This document shows, piece by piece, positions 8,088 to 16,145 of a stretch of DNA of 31,527 nt. The notes beneath the pieces were generated by a model. The model saw only the letters and a program-made list of their open reading frames with translations. It made no database searches and had not been told where the DNA came from. The first letter of the stretch is position 1. Every line of letters begins with the position of its first letter. This stretch comes from Ilumatobacteraceae bacterium. GTDB lineage: Bacteria > Actinomycetota > Acidimicrobiia > Acidimicrobiales > Ilumatobacteraceae. The stretch covers positions 1 to 31,527 of the forward strand of contig JAYVOI010000034.1 of NCBI GenBank assembly GCA_043758005.1, read 5' to 3'. Made by a program: the position numbers and the translations under genes.

Positions 8088-9850
8088 GGACACGCGCTCC
8101 ACCGTTCCCACGACACGTCCGTGGTCGCCGTCCACTCCAAGAGATCCCTGGCGTCGCCACGCGACACCGTGCAGCGCAAGGCCCCGTGCGAGGTCTGGTC
8201 GTCGAGTGCCACGACCGCATCGCCGGGGCTCACCACGGTGACGATGTCGGCCTCGTTGCCGTGGGCTCGAACCACGACCACCGGCGCCGGTTCTTTGATG
8301 CCGTATGTCAACGACACCCAACCCGGCTCGATCTCGACCACGAGTGACGCCGGTACGACCAGCACGGCGGAGGGGGTGCGGACCGTCGTCTGGTTGGCGT
8401 CGTGCGTGATCGTGATGCACCCGTGGGCATCCGCCGGCAGGTGCCAGCGGGCCTCGTAACCATGGTCGGTGTCGCCGACAACATGGTCGTGGATCACCCA
8501 GTAGTCGCGTTGGGGAAACAGCACGCGACGGGTGTGCACGACCTCGTGTTGGGGGCTGCGCACTTCGGCCTCGACTGCATCGAAGTCGCGCATCGACCGG
8601 CGGCGCAGGATGTGTGCTCGCGACGTGCCCTGCTTCGGGGACGCGTGCCGGTACGGCGTCTGATCGAGGCCGTCGATGGTCACCGTGTTGTGCCCCTTCG
8701 ACCCCTTGAACCAGTGGCGCATCGGACCGTCGATGTAGGTGTACCGACCGGGATCGACCACGAGCGGGTGGCCGTGCGCGTACAACTCGACCGACAACTG
8801 GTCGTAGTGGCCGTGGCCGCCGTCACCGATCGGCCCGGCATCCATCAACATGAACCGCTCGTCGCCGTAGGCGGTCGGACCAGCGCCCCAACCGCTGCGC
8901 CCGGCGATGTAGCCGCCGACCGGAAAGGTGACGTCGAGGCGCGCCGGGGGCGCACCCTCGTCACCACCGGTCGCGACCCAACGCAGGTCGTCTCGGCCGA
9001 GCAGTTCGGCGCCGTACATCAACAACTCCCGGAAGTCGCCGGTGTCACCGTCGGAGAACGACGGTGTCATGCCGTCGGGTCGTTGGATGTGCATCGCGAA
9101 GTCGAGGGCCAGCGAGACCCGCTGGATGTAGCCGTCCGGGAGGGCGAGCCCGACCGCACGAGCATTGGCGATGGCACCGAGAAACGAGCGCAGGGCGATG
9201 CAGTGATAGTCGGTCGAGCACTCACGGTGGACCCCGTCGGTCCACACGTCGGTCGACAGGTTGTGCCACAACTCCTCCAGCGCGAAACGGGCCGTCTCGT
9301 CGAGATCGTCGGGCAGCGCCAGCCCGACGATCAACAGCGCGTAGAGCTCCAGCGTGCGGTGGTTCCGATGGGCGGTGAGGTGGCCGCGCAGGTGGTCGGC
9401 GTCCTCGGCGATCCGCTCGGCCAGTCGTTCGGCGAGCCCTGGCCGCAACCCGGTGAAGTGTGGCGCCTCGGCGAACCGCTGCCAGGCATACAGCCAGTTC
9501 TGCAGCCGCCGTGCCGTCACGTCCGATGGATCCGTGCCGACGGCGACCTGATCGCAGAACGCCTCGATCAGGTCCTCCCACGCGGCGAGGTGATCCGCCT
9601 CACCGGTGATCGTGTAGGCGTGCGCCAGGTCCAGCCCTTCATACAACTTGACCCATTCGATCCGCCACTCGACGTCGTCGGCCAAGCCGCCGTCGATCCA
9701 GTCAGGTGTACGGCCCAACTCGAGTTCGACACCGGCATGGGTGAACCGCCCGCGGCGCGCCGCATCGGCCACACCGAGATCGCGGTACAGGTGATCGATC
9801 ACGCAGATCACCGGGCGGGGCGAGACCAGTTCGAGGCGCGTCGAGATCAT
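8084..9850 (-). CDS. Heparinase II/III family protein
   Basis: NHRTLEL, DGVHRECSTDYH, DAGPIGDGGHGHYDQLSVELY, VVDPGRYTY and HNTVTIDG motifs. Start ATG 9850 (MISTRLEL). Confidence 0.85.
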   Translation of the reverse strand: MISTRLELVSPRPVICVIDHLYRDLGVADAARRGRFTHAGVELELGRTPDWIDGGLADDVEWRIEWVKLYEGLDLAHAYTITGEADHLAAWEDLIEAFCDQVAVGTDPSDVTARRLQNWLYAWQRFAEAPHFTGLRPGLAERLAERIAEDADHLRGHLTAHRNHRTLELYALLIVGLALPDDLDETARFALEELWHNLSTDVWTDGVHRECSTDYHCIALRSFLGAIANARAVGLALPDGYIQRVSLALDFAMHIQRPDGMTPSFSDGDTGDFRELLMYGAELLGRDDLRWVATGGDEGAPPARLDVTFPVGGYIAGRSGWGAGPTAYGDERFMLMDAGPIGDGGHGHYDQLSVELYAHGHPLVVDPGRYTYIDGPMRHWFKGSKGHNTVTIDGLDQTPYRHASPKQGTSRAHILRRRSMRDFDAVEAEVRSPQHEVVHTRRVLFPQRDYWVIHDHVVGDTDHGYEARWHLPADAHGCITITHDANQTTVRTPSAVLVVPASLVVEIEPGWVSLTYGIKEPAPVVVVRAHGNEADIVTVVSPGDAVVALDDQTSHGALRCTVSRGDARDLLEWTATTDVSWERWSACP

Positions 9851-9981
9851 CTGCGACCCTCGAACAGCCCGGCCATGTGGCGTGGGGGACGCAGATGACC
9901 CAGGCCGGCGCACTCGTTCGTGATGAAGAGCGCGCGCAAGCCGTCGGAGTCGAGGAAAGCGGGGACGGTGGTGGGCTTCAT
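9847..9981 (-). pseudogene. 44-aa remnant of a COG4671-like glycosyltransferase (internal deletion)
   Basis: Hand translation: MKPTTVPAFLDSDGLRALFITNECAGLGHLRPPRHMAGLFEGRR*. Its ATG overlaps the ABC stop (TGATG) and its TGA overlaps the heparinase ATG (ATGA). LFITNECAGLGHLR parallels LFYCQHALGLGHLVR at 6817. Confidence 0.7.
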
Positions 9982-11846
9982 CACCAGGCACCTGCCAAGT
10001 GCTCGACGACCGTTGCCGGGTCTGGCGGGCTGAACGGGGCGAGGAAGCCCTCGGGGGCCAGGCGCGAACGTCGTTGCAGGCGGGAGTACATCCCGCCGCG
10101 GCGCATGAGCAGCTCGTGCGTGCCATCTTCGATGACGGTGCCGCCGTCGAGCACCACGATGCGGTCGGCGCGGCGCACCGTCGAAAGGCGGTGGGCGATG
10201 ATCAAGGTGGTTCGCGACTTCGGCAGGTTGTCGAGCGCCGTGACGATCAACTCCTCCGACTGCGTGTCGAGCGCGCTGGTCGGCTCGTCGAGGATCAGGA
10301 TTGGGGCGTCACGCAGGATCGCCCGAGCGATGGCGATTCGCTGCCGTTGGCCGCCCGACAGGTCGACCCCGCGCTCGGCCAGGTGGGTATCGAGTCCGTC
10401 GGGCAGGCGATCGGTGAACTCGTCGACCAGCGCCAGTTTGGCGGCGCGCTCGACGGCCCACCACGAGGCACCCGGGCGGCCGCAGGCGATGTTCTCGCGG
10501 ATCGTGCCACGCAGCAGCACGGTGTCCTGCAACACCATCGAGACCTGTGACCGCAGCGACGACAACGCGTAGCCGCGAATGTCGTGCTCGTCGATCAGCA
10601 CAGTGCCGAGTCGCGGCTCGATCAGCCGCGGCACCAGCGCCGCCAGCGTCGACTTGCCTGCGCCGGTCGGGCCGACCAGCGCCACGGACTCGCCGGCCTG
10701 GATGTCGAACGAGACGGCCCACAGCACGGGCTCGCGTCCATACGAGAAGGTCACCTCATCGAAGCGGATGTGGCCGAGAAAGGGCGGCGCCAAGACGGCG
10801 CCGGGTCGATCACGGATGTCGGGCTCGGTCGACAACACGTCTTCGATGCGTTCGGCGGCGGCCATCCCCTTGGTGAAGATCGTGGTCAACTTCGACAGGG
10901 CCCTCACCGGCTTGTACAGCGAGCCGACGTAGGTGAGGAAGATCAGCAGCACGCCGAGTTTCAACTGGCCGCTGGCAACACGATTGGCGCCGACCCACAG
11001 CACGATCAGCGTCGACAGCAACCCTGCGGCATCGACCATCGGTGCGAACCGAGCCTGCAGCCTCACTGCCTCGACACCGGCGTCCAGGCTGTCGCCGGAC
11101 AGTTGCTCGAAATGGCCAGACTGATGACGTTCGAGGGTGAACGCCTGCACCAGACCGATGGCGCCCAGGCTCTCCGTTGCCGCCGAGGCGACCTCGCCAT
11201 CGGCTCGCCGAACGCGTCGCGATGCCTGGCGCAGTGTGCGGCGCGAGCGGTGGATGGCGAACACCAGCAGGGGTGTGGTCATCAGGCTCAGCAGCGTGAG
11301 GAACGGGTCGACCTCGAGCATCACCACGAACATGCCGACCAGCAGCAGCAGGTTGGGGAACAGGTTGGCGAGCATCTGCACCAACAGGTCCTGGGTGTGG
11401 TCGACGTCGGCGGTGACGCGCGCCGTGAGGTCGCCCACCTGATGCTGCTGGTGGTACCCGAGCGAGAGGCGGTGGAGATGCGTGAACGCCCGCCCGCGCA
11501 TGTCGTTGGCGACGTGGAGGCCGGCCGACGACAGCAGGCGGGTCGACCAGTAGTCGAAGAAGGCGCCGATGGCGACGATCACGGCCAGGCTGAGCACGGC
11601 GAGCATGAGATCGTTGCGGATCGCCGACGTGCCGCGCCCCGGCCCCGTGAGTGCGTGATCGACGAGCCAGCCGAGCGGCCAGGGTTCGGCCAGCTTCGTC
11701 GCCACCTGGAGCACGGCGAGCAACGAGCCGAGCAGCAGCGCCGGCCAGTACCGCCTGACATGGGCGCGGAGCAGGGGACGAACTACTCGGGTCGAGCGGC
11801 GACGTGTAGGGCGATTCGTGAAAGTTGTGGTCGCTGCAGTGGCCAC
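9981..11846 (-). CDS. ABC exporter, fused TMD-NBD (MsbA/ABCB-like)
   Basis: Six-TM ABC membrane domain, Walker A GPTGAGKST, signature LSGGQRQR, Walker B ILILDEPTSALD, IIAHRLST. GTG 11846 has GAGAGG upstream. Confidence 0.92.
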   Translation of the reverse strand: MATAATTTFTNRPTRRRSTRVVRPLLRAHVRRYWPALLLGSLLAVLQVATKLAEPWPLGWLVDHALTGPGRGTSAIRNDLMLAVLSLAVIVAIGAFFDYWSTRLLSSAGLHVANDMRGRAFTHLHRLSLGYHQQHQVGDLTARVTADVDHTQDLLVQMLANLFPNLLLLVGMFVVMLEVDPFLTLLSLMTTPLLVFAIHRSRRTLRQASRRVRRADGEVASAATESLGAIGLVQAFTLERHQSGHFEQLSGDSLDAGVEAVRLQARFAPMVDAAGLLSTLIVLWVGANRVASGQLKLGVLLIFLTYVGSLYKPVRALSKLTTIFTKGMAAAERIEDVLSTEPDIRDRPGAVLAPPFLGHIRFDEVTFSYGREPVLWAVSFDIQAGESVALVGPTGAGKSTLAALVPRLIEPRLGTVLIDEHDIRGYALSSLRSQVSMVLQDTVLLRGTIRENIACGRPGASWWAVERAAKLALVDEFTDRLPDGLDTHLAERGVDLSGGQRQRIAIARAILRDAPILILDEPTSALDTQSEELIVTALDNLPKSRTTLIIAHRLSTVRRADRIVVLDGGTVIEDGTHELLMRRGGMYSRLQRRSRLAPEGFLAPFSPPDPATVVEHLAGAW

Positions 11847-12014
11847 AGTGAGGTGCCTCTCTCGTCCCAATCATCGATGGAGGTGAACATTCGGCTGGAA
11901 GGGTCGTTTGCCGAGGTGTTCAGCGTGGCGGAGATCGCCGACGCGGCCCACTGGACGTTGGTACTAGCACCCGAGGGACCATCCGCACCGCGGTGCGTTT
12001 CCATCACCTCACGG

Positions 12015-12689
12015 TCATCGCAGGCGTCGCCGCAGCTCGACGTAGACCGGTTCGCCGAGCACGGCGATCAGTTCGTCGGCGAGGGAATCCACGACGACGT
12101 GTTCGCCGATGTACGCCTCGGGCCCCTCGGTGCAACACCAGTGCATCGAGTCGCCGTCGTCGCCCCAATCGACCCGCTCCCATCCCCGCACCGTGGCGAT
12201 CTCGGTGCCATCGGGAACGGGCTGCCAGTCGATCTTGATCGGCAGTTGCCAGCACACCGATGGCTTCCAGACCGTCGGGGATTCCCCGGCACGCACTGCG
12301 GCGAGATGCAGCGCACACCCTTCGCCGCCGTCGAACCCGGGGCGGTTCAAGAAGATGCACGCGCCGTCGACCACCTTGGTGTTGGTGCGCGTCGCGTCGC
12401 TGAACACGTCGTCTGCATCGATCGCCTGGTGGTGCTGGAACAGATCGGCATCGAGTGTGGCCGCCAGCGCCGACACGGTCATCGCTTCCTCCAGGTCGGC
12501 CATTTCTGCGCCGATCGAGCAGCAGCCCTGGTTCAGGTGCTCGGCAGGTTCGTCGAGGATCCCCTTGCACCCGCGTCCCCAGATGCACGTCCAGTTCGAG
12601 GTCAGGAACGCCCGATCGAAGCGCCAGGTCACATCGCCGTCGACGATCTCCTCGCTGCCCGAGTCGCCCGTGCGGGGTGGGTGGCTCAC
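12015..12689 (-). CDS. Conserved Cys-rich hypothetical protein (DUF3109-like, possible Zn/Fe-S binding)
   Basis: WTCIWGRGC, GCCSIGA, GACIFLNRPGF, GCALH, KPSVCWQLP, WCCT (9 Cys). GTG 12689 overlaps the dioxygenase stop (GTGA). Confidence 0.65.
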   Translation of the reverse strand: MSHPPRTGDSGSEEIVDGDVTWRFDRAFLTSNWTCIWGRGCKGILDEPAEHLNQGCCSIGAEMADLEEAMTVSALAATLDADLFQHHQAIDADDVFSDATRTNTKVVDGACIFLNRPGFDGGEGCALHLAAVRAGESPTVWKPSVCWQLPIKIDWQPVPDGTEIATVRGWERVDWGDDGDSMHWCCTEGPEAYIGEHVVVDSLADELIAVLGEPVYVELRRRLR

Positions 12690-13789
12690 CCGACCATCCG
12701 CAAACGGCTCTCGAAATCCTCGTGGTTGAGGTACGCGCCGCACAGCGTGCGCTTGCCGGTGTAGGCGCGCCGACCGTGCAGGGCGCGCCAGTTGTCGAAC
12801 AGCAATGCGTCGCCGGGTCGTAAGACTTCGCTCCATTGCATCGACTCGCTGTTGGCCAGATGGTCGAAGGCGCGCAGCGCGGTGTAGAGCTGTTCCATCT
12901 CGTCGGGCGGCAACAGGAACGGGGCGCGGTCGGAGTTGTTGTACGACACTTGCACGAGGGCGCCCGTGTGATCATGGCGAAAGACCGGTCGGGCCGCCAT
13001 CAGGTGCGAGCCATCGCCGATGTACTGGCCCGGAATCACAACCGTCGACAACACGTCGAACAACTCGGGCTCCTTGGCCCGGAACACCTCGGCGATCTTG
13101 AAGCCGTCGACCAGCGTCGACTCGCCACCGGTGCCGTCGAAGTACAGGCAATGCAGCATTTGCAATCCTGGGGCATCGTGGCTGTACGTGCCGTCGGTGT
13201 GTGCGGACAGGTAGTGGTTGGTGTACGCCAGATCGGCCTTCTTCAGGTCGGCGGTGAACTCCCAGAACCCGCCGAAGATGGTCTCGCGCACGTAGCCGAC
13301 GCGGCGGATGAGCGCCTCGGTAGCCGCGGCGGTTGCCGGGGTACCGGTCACGATCGCGAAGCCGTAGGTGGCCACCGTCGACAGCCACTGGTGCACACCT
13401 TCGTCGCTGCGCATCACGGCATCGTGATCAACGCGAATCGGGGCGTCGGCAATGGTGGCGTTGTCCCACACGACCGGTGGTTGCGTGGTCGCGATCCGCG
13501 CCGAATCCGGCGACCGGAACCGGTACAGGAACTCCACCGGCAGCTCCGACACGTCGGCGTCGCGCCACGTGATGCGGGCGACGAGGTGGTCGGCGGTGAC
13601 GGCTGCCGCTCGGAGATCTGGCGCCAACGCGGCGGTGTCGAGCAGGCGTTGCTGCGTGACGGGGTGGATCGTGGCGGCATCGGTGGCGTGATCGCGCAGC
13701 CACAGCCACGGGTACCAACTCTCTGTCCCGTCGTCCCAAGTGACGTGCAGGCAGGAGTCGGTCGGTTGGATCTGCTCGATGGTCGCCAC
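12686..13789 (-). CDS. Fe(II)/2-oxoglutarate dioxygenase, trimethyllysine dioxygenase / gamma-butyrobetaine hydroxylase family
   Basis: GBBH-like N-terminus (WLWLRDH...VTQQRLLD), VRETIFGGFWEF, AYTNHYLSAHTDGTY (HxD), HCLYFDGTGGESTLVDGF, LFDNWRALHGRRAYTGKRTLCGAY. Start GTG 13789. Confidence 0.85.
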   Translation of the reverse strand: MATIEQIQPTDSCLHVTWDDGTESWYPWLWLRDHATDAATIHPVTQQRLLDTAALAPDLRAAAVTADHLVARITWRDADVSELPVEFLYRFRSPDSARIATTQPPVVWDNATIADAPIRVDHDAVMRSDEGVHQWLSTVATYGFAIVTGTPATAAATEALIRRVGYVRETIFGGFWEFTADLKKADLAYTNHYLSAHTDGTYSHDAPGLQMLHCLYFDGTGGESTLVDGFKIAEVFRAKEPELFDVLSTVVIPGQYIGDGSHLMAARPVFRHDHTGALVQVSYNNSDRAPFLLPPDEMEQLYTALRAFDHLANSESMQWSEVLRPGDALLFDNWRALHGRRAYTGKRTLCGAYLNHEDFESRLRMVG

Positions 13790-13826
13790 CCGGCAATTCT
13801 GCCATCGAACCTGCAAGGCTGAAGCG
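13790..13826. promoter_or_regulatory. 37-bp divergent promoter with back-to-back putative -10 elements
   Basis: CAGAAT (minus, 13801-13796) and AAGGCT (plus, 13815-13820) each lie 6 nt before a GTG start. No SD sequences. Confidence 0.4.
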
Positions 13827-15218
13827 GTGACGACGGAAAACTACGACCTGATCATCGTCGGCACGGGCTCCGGCAACTCGGTCATCAGCAGCGAGATGGA
13901 CGGGTGGCGGATCGCCATCGTCGAGCGGTGGACGTTCGGCGGAACGTGCCTGAATCGCGGCTGCATCCCCTCGAAGATGCTGGTCTACGCGGCCGATGTC
14001 GCCGAGTCGGCCGCCAACGACAACGACCCGAAGTACGGCGTGACCACCCGGTTCGAATCCGCCGACTGGCCAGCCATCGTGCACCGCGTGTTCGGGCGGA
14101 TCGACGCCATCGTCGAGGGAGGTCGTGAGTACCGATACAACCTGCCCAACGTGACGGTGTACGAGGGCGACGCGCACTTCGTCGGCGAACGCACGCTGCA
14201 GGTCAACGCGACGACGATCACCGGCGATCGCATCGTGATCGCAACCGGGGCCCGGCCGTTCATCCCCGCCATCCACGGCATCGACGAGGTGCCCTTCCAC
14301 ACCAGTGACACCATCTTGCGCGCTGCCCACCAGCCGAAGCACCTCGTCGTGCTCGGTGGTGGTTTCATCGCTGCCGAGTTGAGCCACGTGTTCCGATCCC
14401 TGGGCTCGCGCGTGACCGTCATCAACCGCGGTCATCGTCTGCTGGGCGCGGAGGATCACGACATCTCCCACGCGTTCACCGAGTCGGTCGCCGACCGCTT
14501 CGAACTGGTGCTGGGGGCGCGCGTGGATCGCGTGTTCATGACAGCGCAGGGCGTCGGGCTCCGAGTGACGACCGCCGCCGGCGAGCAGGTGGTGGAGGGC
14601 GACACATTGCTGGTCGCCGCGGGCCGCATGGCGAACGGCGACCAGATCGACGCCCACCTGGCCGGAATCGAGATCGGCCCGATGAGCGAGGTGGTCGTCG
14701 ACGCATACGGCAGGACGAGCGCGCCGGGCATCTGGGCACTCGGCGACGTGAACGGGCGGCACCAGTTGAAGCACATGGCCAACGGGGAGGCCAACGTCGT
14801 ACGGCACAACCTGTTGCATCCCGACGATCTGCAACCGCTCGACCCCCGTCCTGCGCCCCACGCCGTGTTCGCCAGCCCCCAGGTCGGTGCAGTGGGCCTC
14901 ACCGAGGCGCAAGCCGACGCATCGGGTCGTACGTTCACGATGATCAGCCATGCCTACGGCGGCACCGCGTACGGGTGGGCGTTGGAGGACACCAGCGGGT
15001 TCTGCAAGTTGCTCGGCGACCCGGCAAGCCGCACACTGATCGGCGCCCACGTGATCGGCTACCAGGCGTCGTTGCTGGTGCAGTTGCTGGTGCAGGGGAT
15101 GCACCTCGGCAACACCGTCGACGAGTTGGCGATCGGTCAGGTGTGGATCCATCCGGCGCTGTCGGAGGTCGTCGAACAAGCCCTGCTCAAGCTGATCGAT
15201 GCCTTCGACCAGGCTTGA
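13827..15218 (+). CDS. mtr: Mycothione reductase (FAD-dependent disulfide reductase)
   Basis: DLIIVGTGSGN, redox disulfide GGTCLNRGCIPSKM, LGGGFIAAE, LKHMANGE, AYGWALED, WIHPALSEVVEQAL. Short N-terminal insert and these motifs fit Mtr better than lipoamide dehydrogenase. Start GTG 13827. Confidence 0.88.
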   Translation: MTTENYDLIIVGTGSGNSVISSEMDGWRIAIVERWTFGGTCLNRGCIPSKMLVYAADVAESAANDNDPKYGVTTRFESADWPAIVHRVFGRIDAIVEGGREYRYNLPNVTVYEGDAHFVGERTLQVNATTITGDRIVIATGARPFIPAIHGIDEVPFHTSDTILRAAHQPKHLVVLGGGFIAAELSHVFRSLGSRVTVINRGHRLLGAEDHDISHAFTESVADRFELVLGARVDRVFMTAQGVGLRVTTAAGEQVVEGDTLLVAAGRMANGDQIDAHLAGIEIGPMSEVVVDAYGRTSAPGIWALGDVNGRHQLKHMANGEANVVRHNLLHPDDLQPLDPRPAPHAVFASPQVGAVGLTEAQADASGRTFTMISHAYGGTAYGWALEDTSGFCKLLGDPASRTLIGAHVIGYQASLLVQLLVQGMHLGNTVDELAIGQVWIHPALSEVVEQALLKLIDAFDQA

Positions 15219-15314
15219 TGCCTTTCTCACCCGTCTTTAACTCGCTGTCGGTAGACACCTCACCTGCAACGTCGATGATGACTGCCGTTGTACCCATCGA
15301 ATTGGAGACTGAGC

Positions 15315-16082
15315 ATGAACAAGAAGCTTGTAGGAACGGGCCTGGCGATCGGTTTGGTCGCTGGCGCAGGCGCTGGTTTGATCCTCGAACTGTCCGGCAA
15401 CGTCGGCGCAGCCGCAGGGACCCCCACCGCAGTCGTCGTCGGCGATTCGTCGACCGACGCCACGGCTGACACGACCGCCCCCGCCGACCCCGTTCGGCCG
15501 GATCCCTCGACCCGGCTCGGCGACGTGCTGAAGCCGCTCGTCGACAACGGCACGATCACCCAGGATCAGGCCGACAAGGTGATCGCAGCCATCGTCGCGG
15601 CCCGGCCGGTCGGTGGGCCTGGCATGGGTGGCCCGATGGGTGGCGGTCATCGCGGCTTCGGTGGCCCCGGTGGTCGCATCGGCTTCGGACTCGATGTCGT
15701 CGCCACCACGCTCGGCATCACCGCCGACGAAGTTCGCACCGCGCTCGAGGGTGGCCAGTCGCTGGCCGATCTTGCCGTCAGCAAGGGCAAGACCGCACAG
15801 GACGTGATCGATGCCATCGTCGCCGAGGCGACCACGAAGCTCAACACAGCCGTGACCGACGGCAAGCTGACCCAAGCCGAAGCTGACGCCCGCTTGGCCG
15901 ACATCGCCACCCACGCCACGGAGTTCGTCAACACCACGCCTCCCGTCGGCGGCCCCGGTTTCGGCCCCGGTTTCGGCGGCCCCGGCCATCATGGTGACGA
16001 CAACGATGCCGATGACGATGCCCCGGTGGGCGCCACGGCACCGACCGATACCTCCGCCACGACCGACACGGTCGCCGGCTGA
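15315..16082 (+). CDS. Secreted or membrane-anchored Gly-rich hypothetical protein, likely two-component accessory
   Basis: SD GGAG before ATG 15315. Signal-like N-terminus MNKKLVGTGLAIGLVAGAG, helical repeats (LVDNGTITQDQADKV; AVTDGKLTQAEADARL), GPGMGGPMGGGHRG and GPGFGPGFGGPGHHG segments, acidic tail. Confidence 0.75.
   Translation: MNKKLVGTGLAIGLVAGAGAGLILELSGNVGAAAGTPTAVVVGDSSTDATADTTAPADPVRPDPSTRLGDVLKPLVDNGTITQDQADKVIAAIVAARPVGGPGMGGPMGGGHRGFGGPGGRIGFGLDVVATTLGITADEVRTALEGGQSLADLAVSKGKTAQDVIDAIVAEATTKLNTAVTDGKLTQAEADARLADIATHATEFVNTTPPVGGPGFGPGFGGPGHHGDDNDADDDAPVGATAPTDTSATTDTVAG
15951..15974 (+). repeat. 12-bp in-frame tandem repeat (GGCCCCGGTTTC x2) encoding GPGF
   Basis: Directly visible; a partial third copy follows. 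Confidence 0.8.
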
Positions 16083-16093
16083 AGTTCTTGGCT

Positions 16094-16129
16094 CGGCCGG
16101 GATGACTTCCTCCCTCGTCATCCCGGCCG
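16094..16129 (+). terminator. 13-bp perfect stem-loop after the secreted protein gene
   Basis: CGGCCGGGATGAC-N10-GTCATCCCGGCCG with no U-tract; could be a terminator or an mRNA-stabilising hairpin. Confidence 0.6.
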
Positions 16130-16145
16130 GTCAGAATGACTCCGT

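Noticed and set aside
9851-10126. N-terminal extension of the heparinase ORF (likewise 8088-8420, 12690-12836, 16583-16828, 21671-21820, 23372-23536)
   Set aside because: Each overlaps the upstream gene in another frame. Starts overlapping the upstream stop codon fit better.
11984-11997. Perfect 14-bp palindrome CGCACCGCGGTGCG
   Set aside because: Almost pure G/C, so several such palindromes are expected by chance in 31 kb. No second copy was seen.
11850-12010. Riboswitch in the ABC exporter leader
   Set aside because: Only a GGCAAAC fragment; the GAAA tetraloop/receptor and P1 of c-di-GMP-I are not evident. An Rfam scan would be decisive.
10584-12764. 726-aa plus-strand ORF, and similar long antisense ORFs at 842-2065, 8402-9898, 13428-15230, 16811-18133, 25144-26838 and 27807-29876
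   Set aside because: Shadow frames opposite well-supported genes. Expected in high-GC DNA, with no recognisable motifs.
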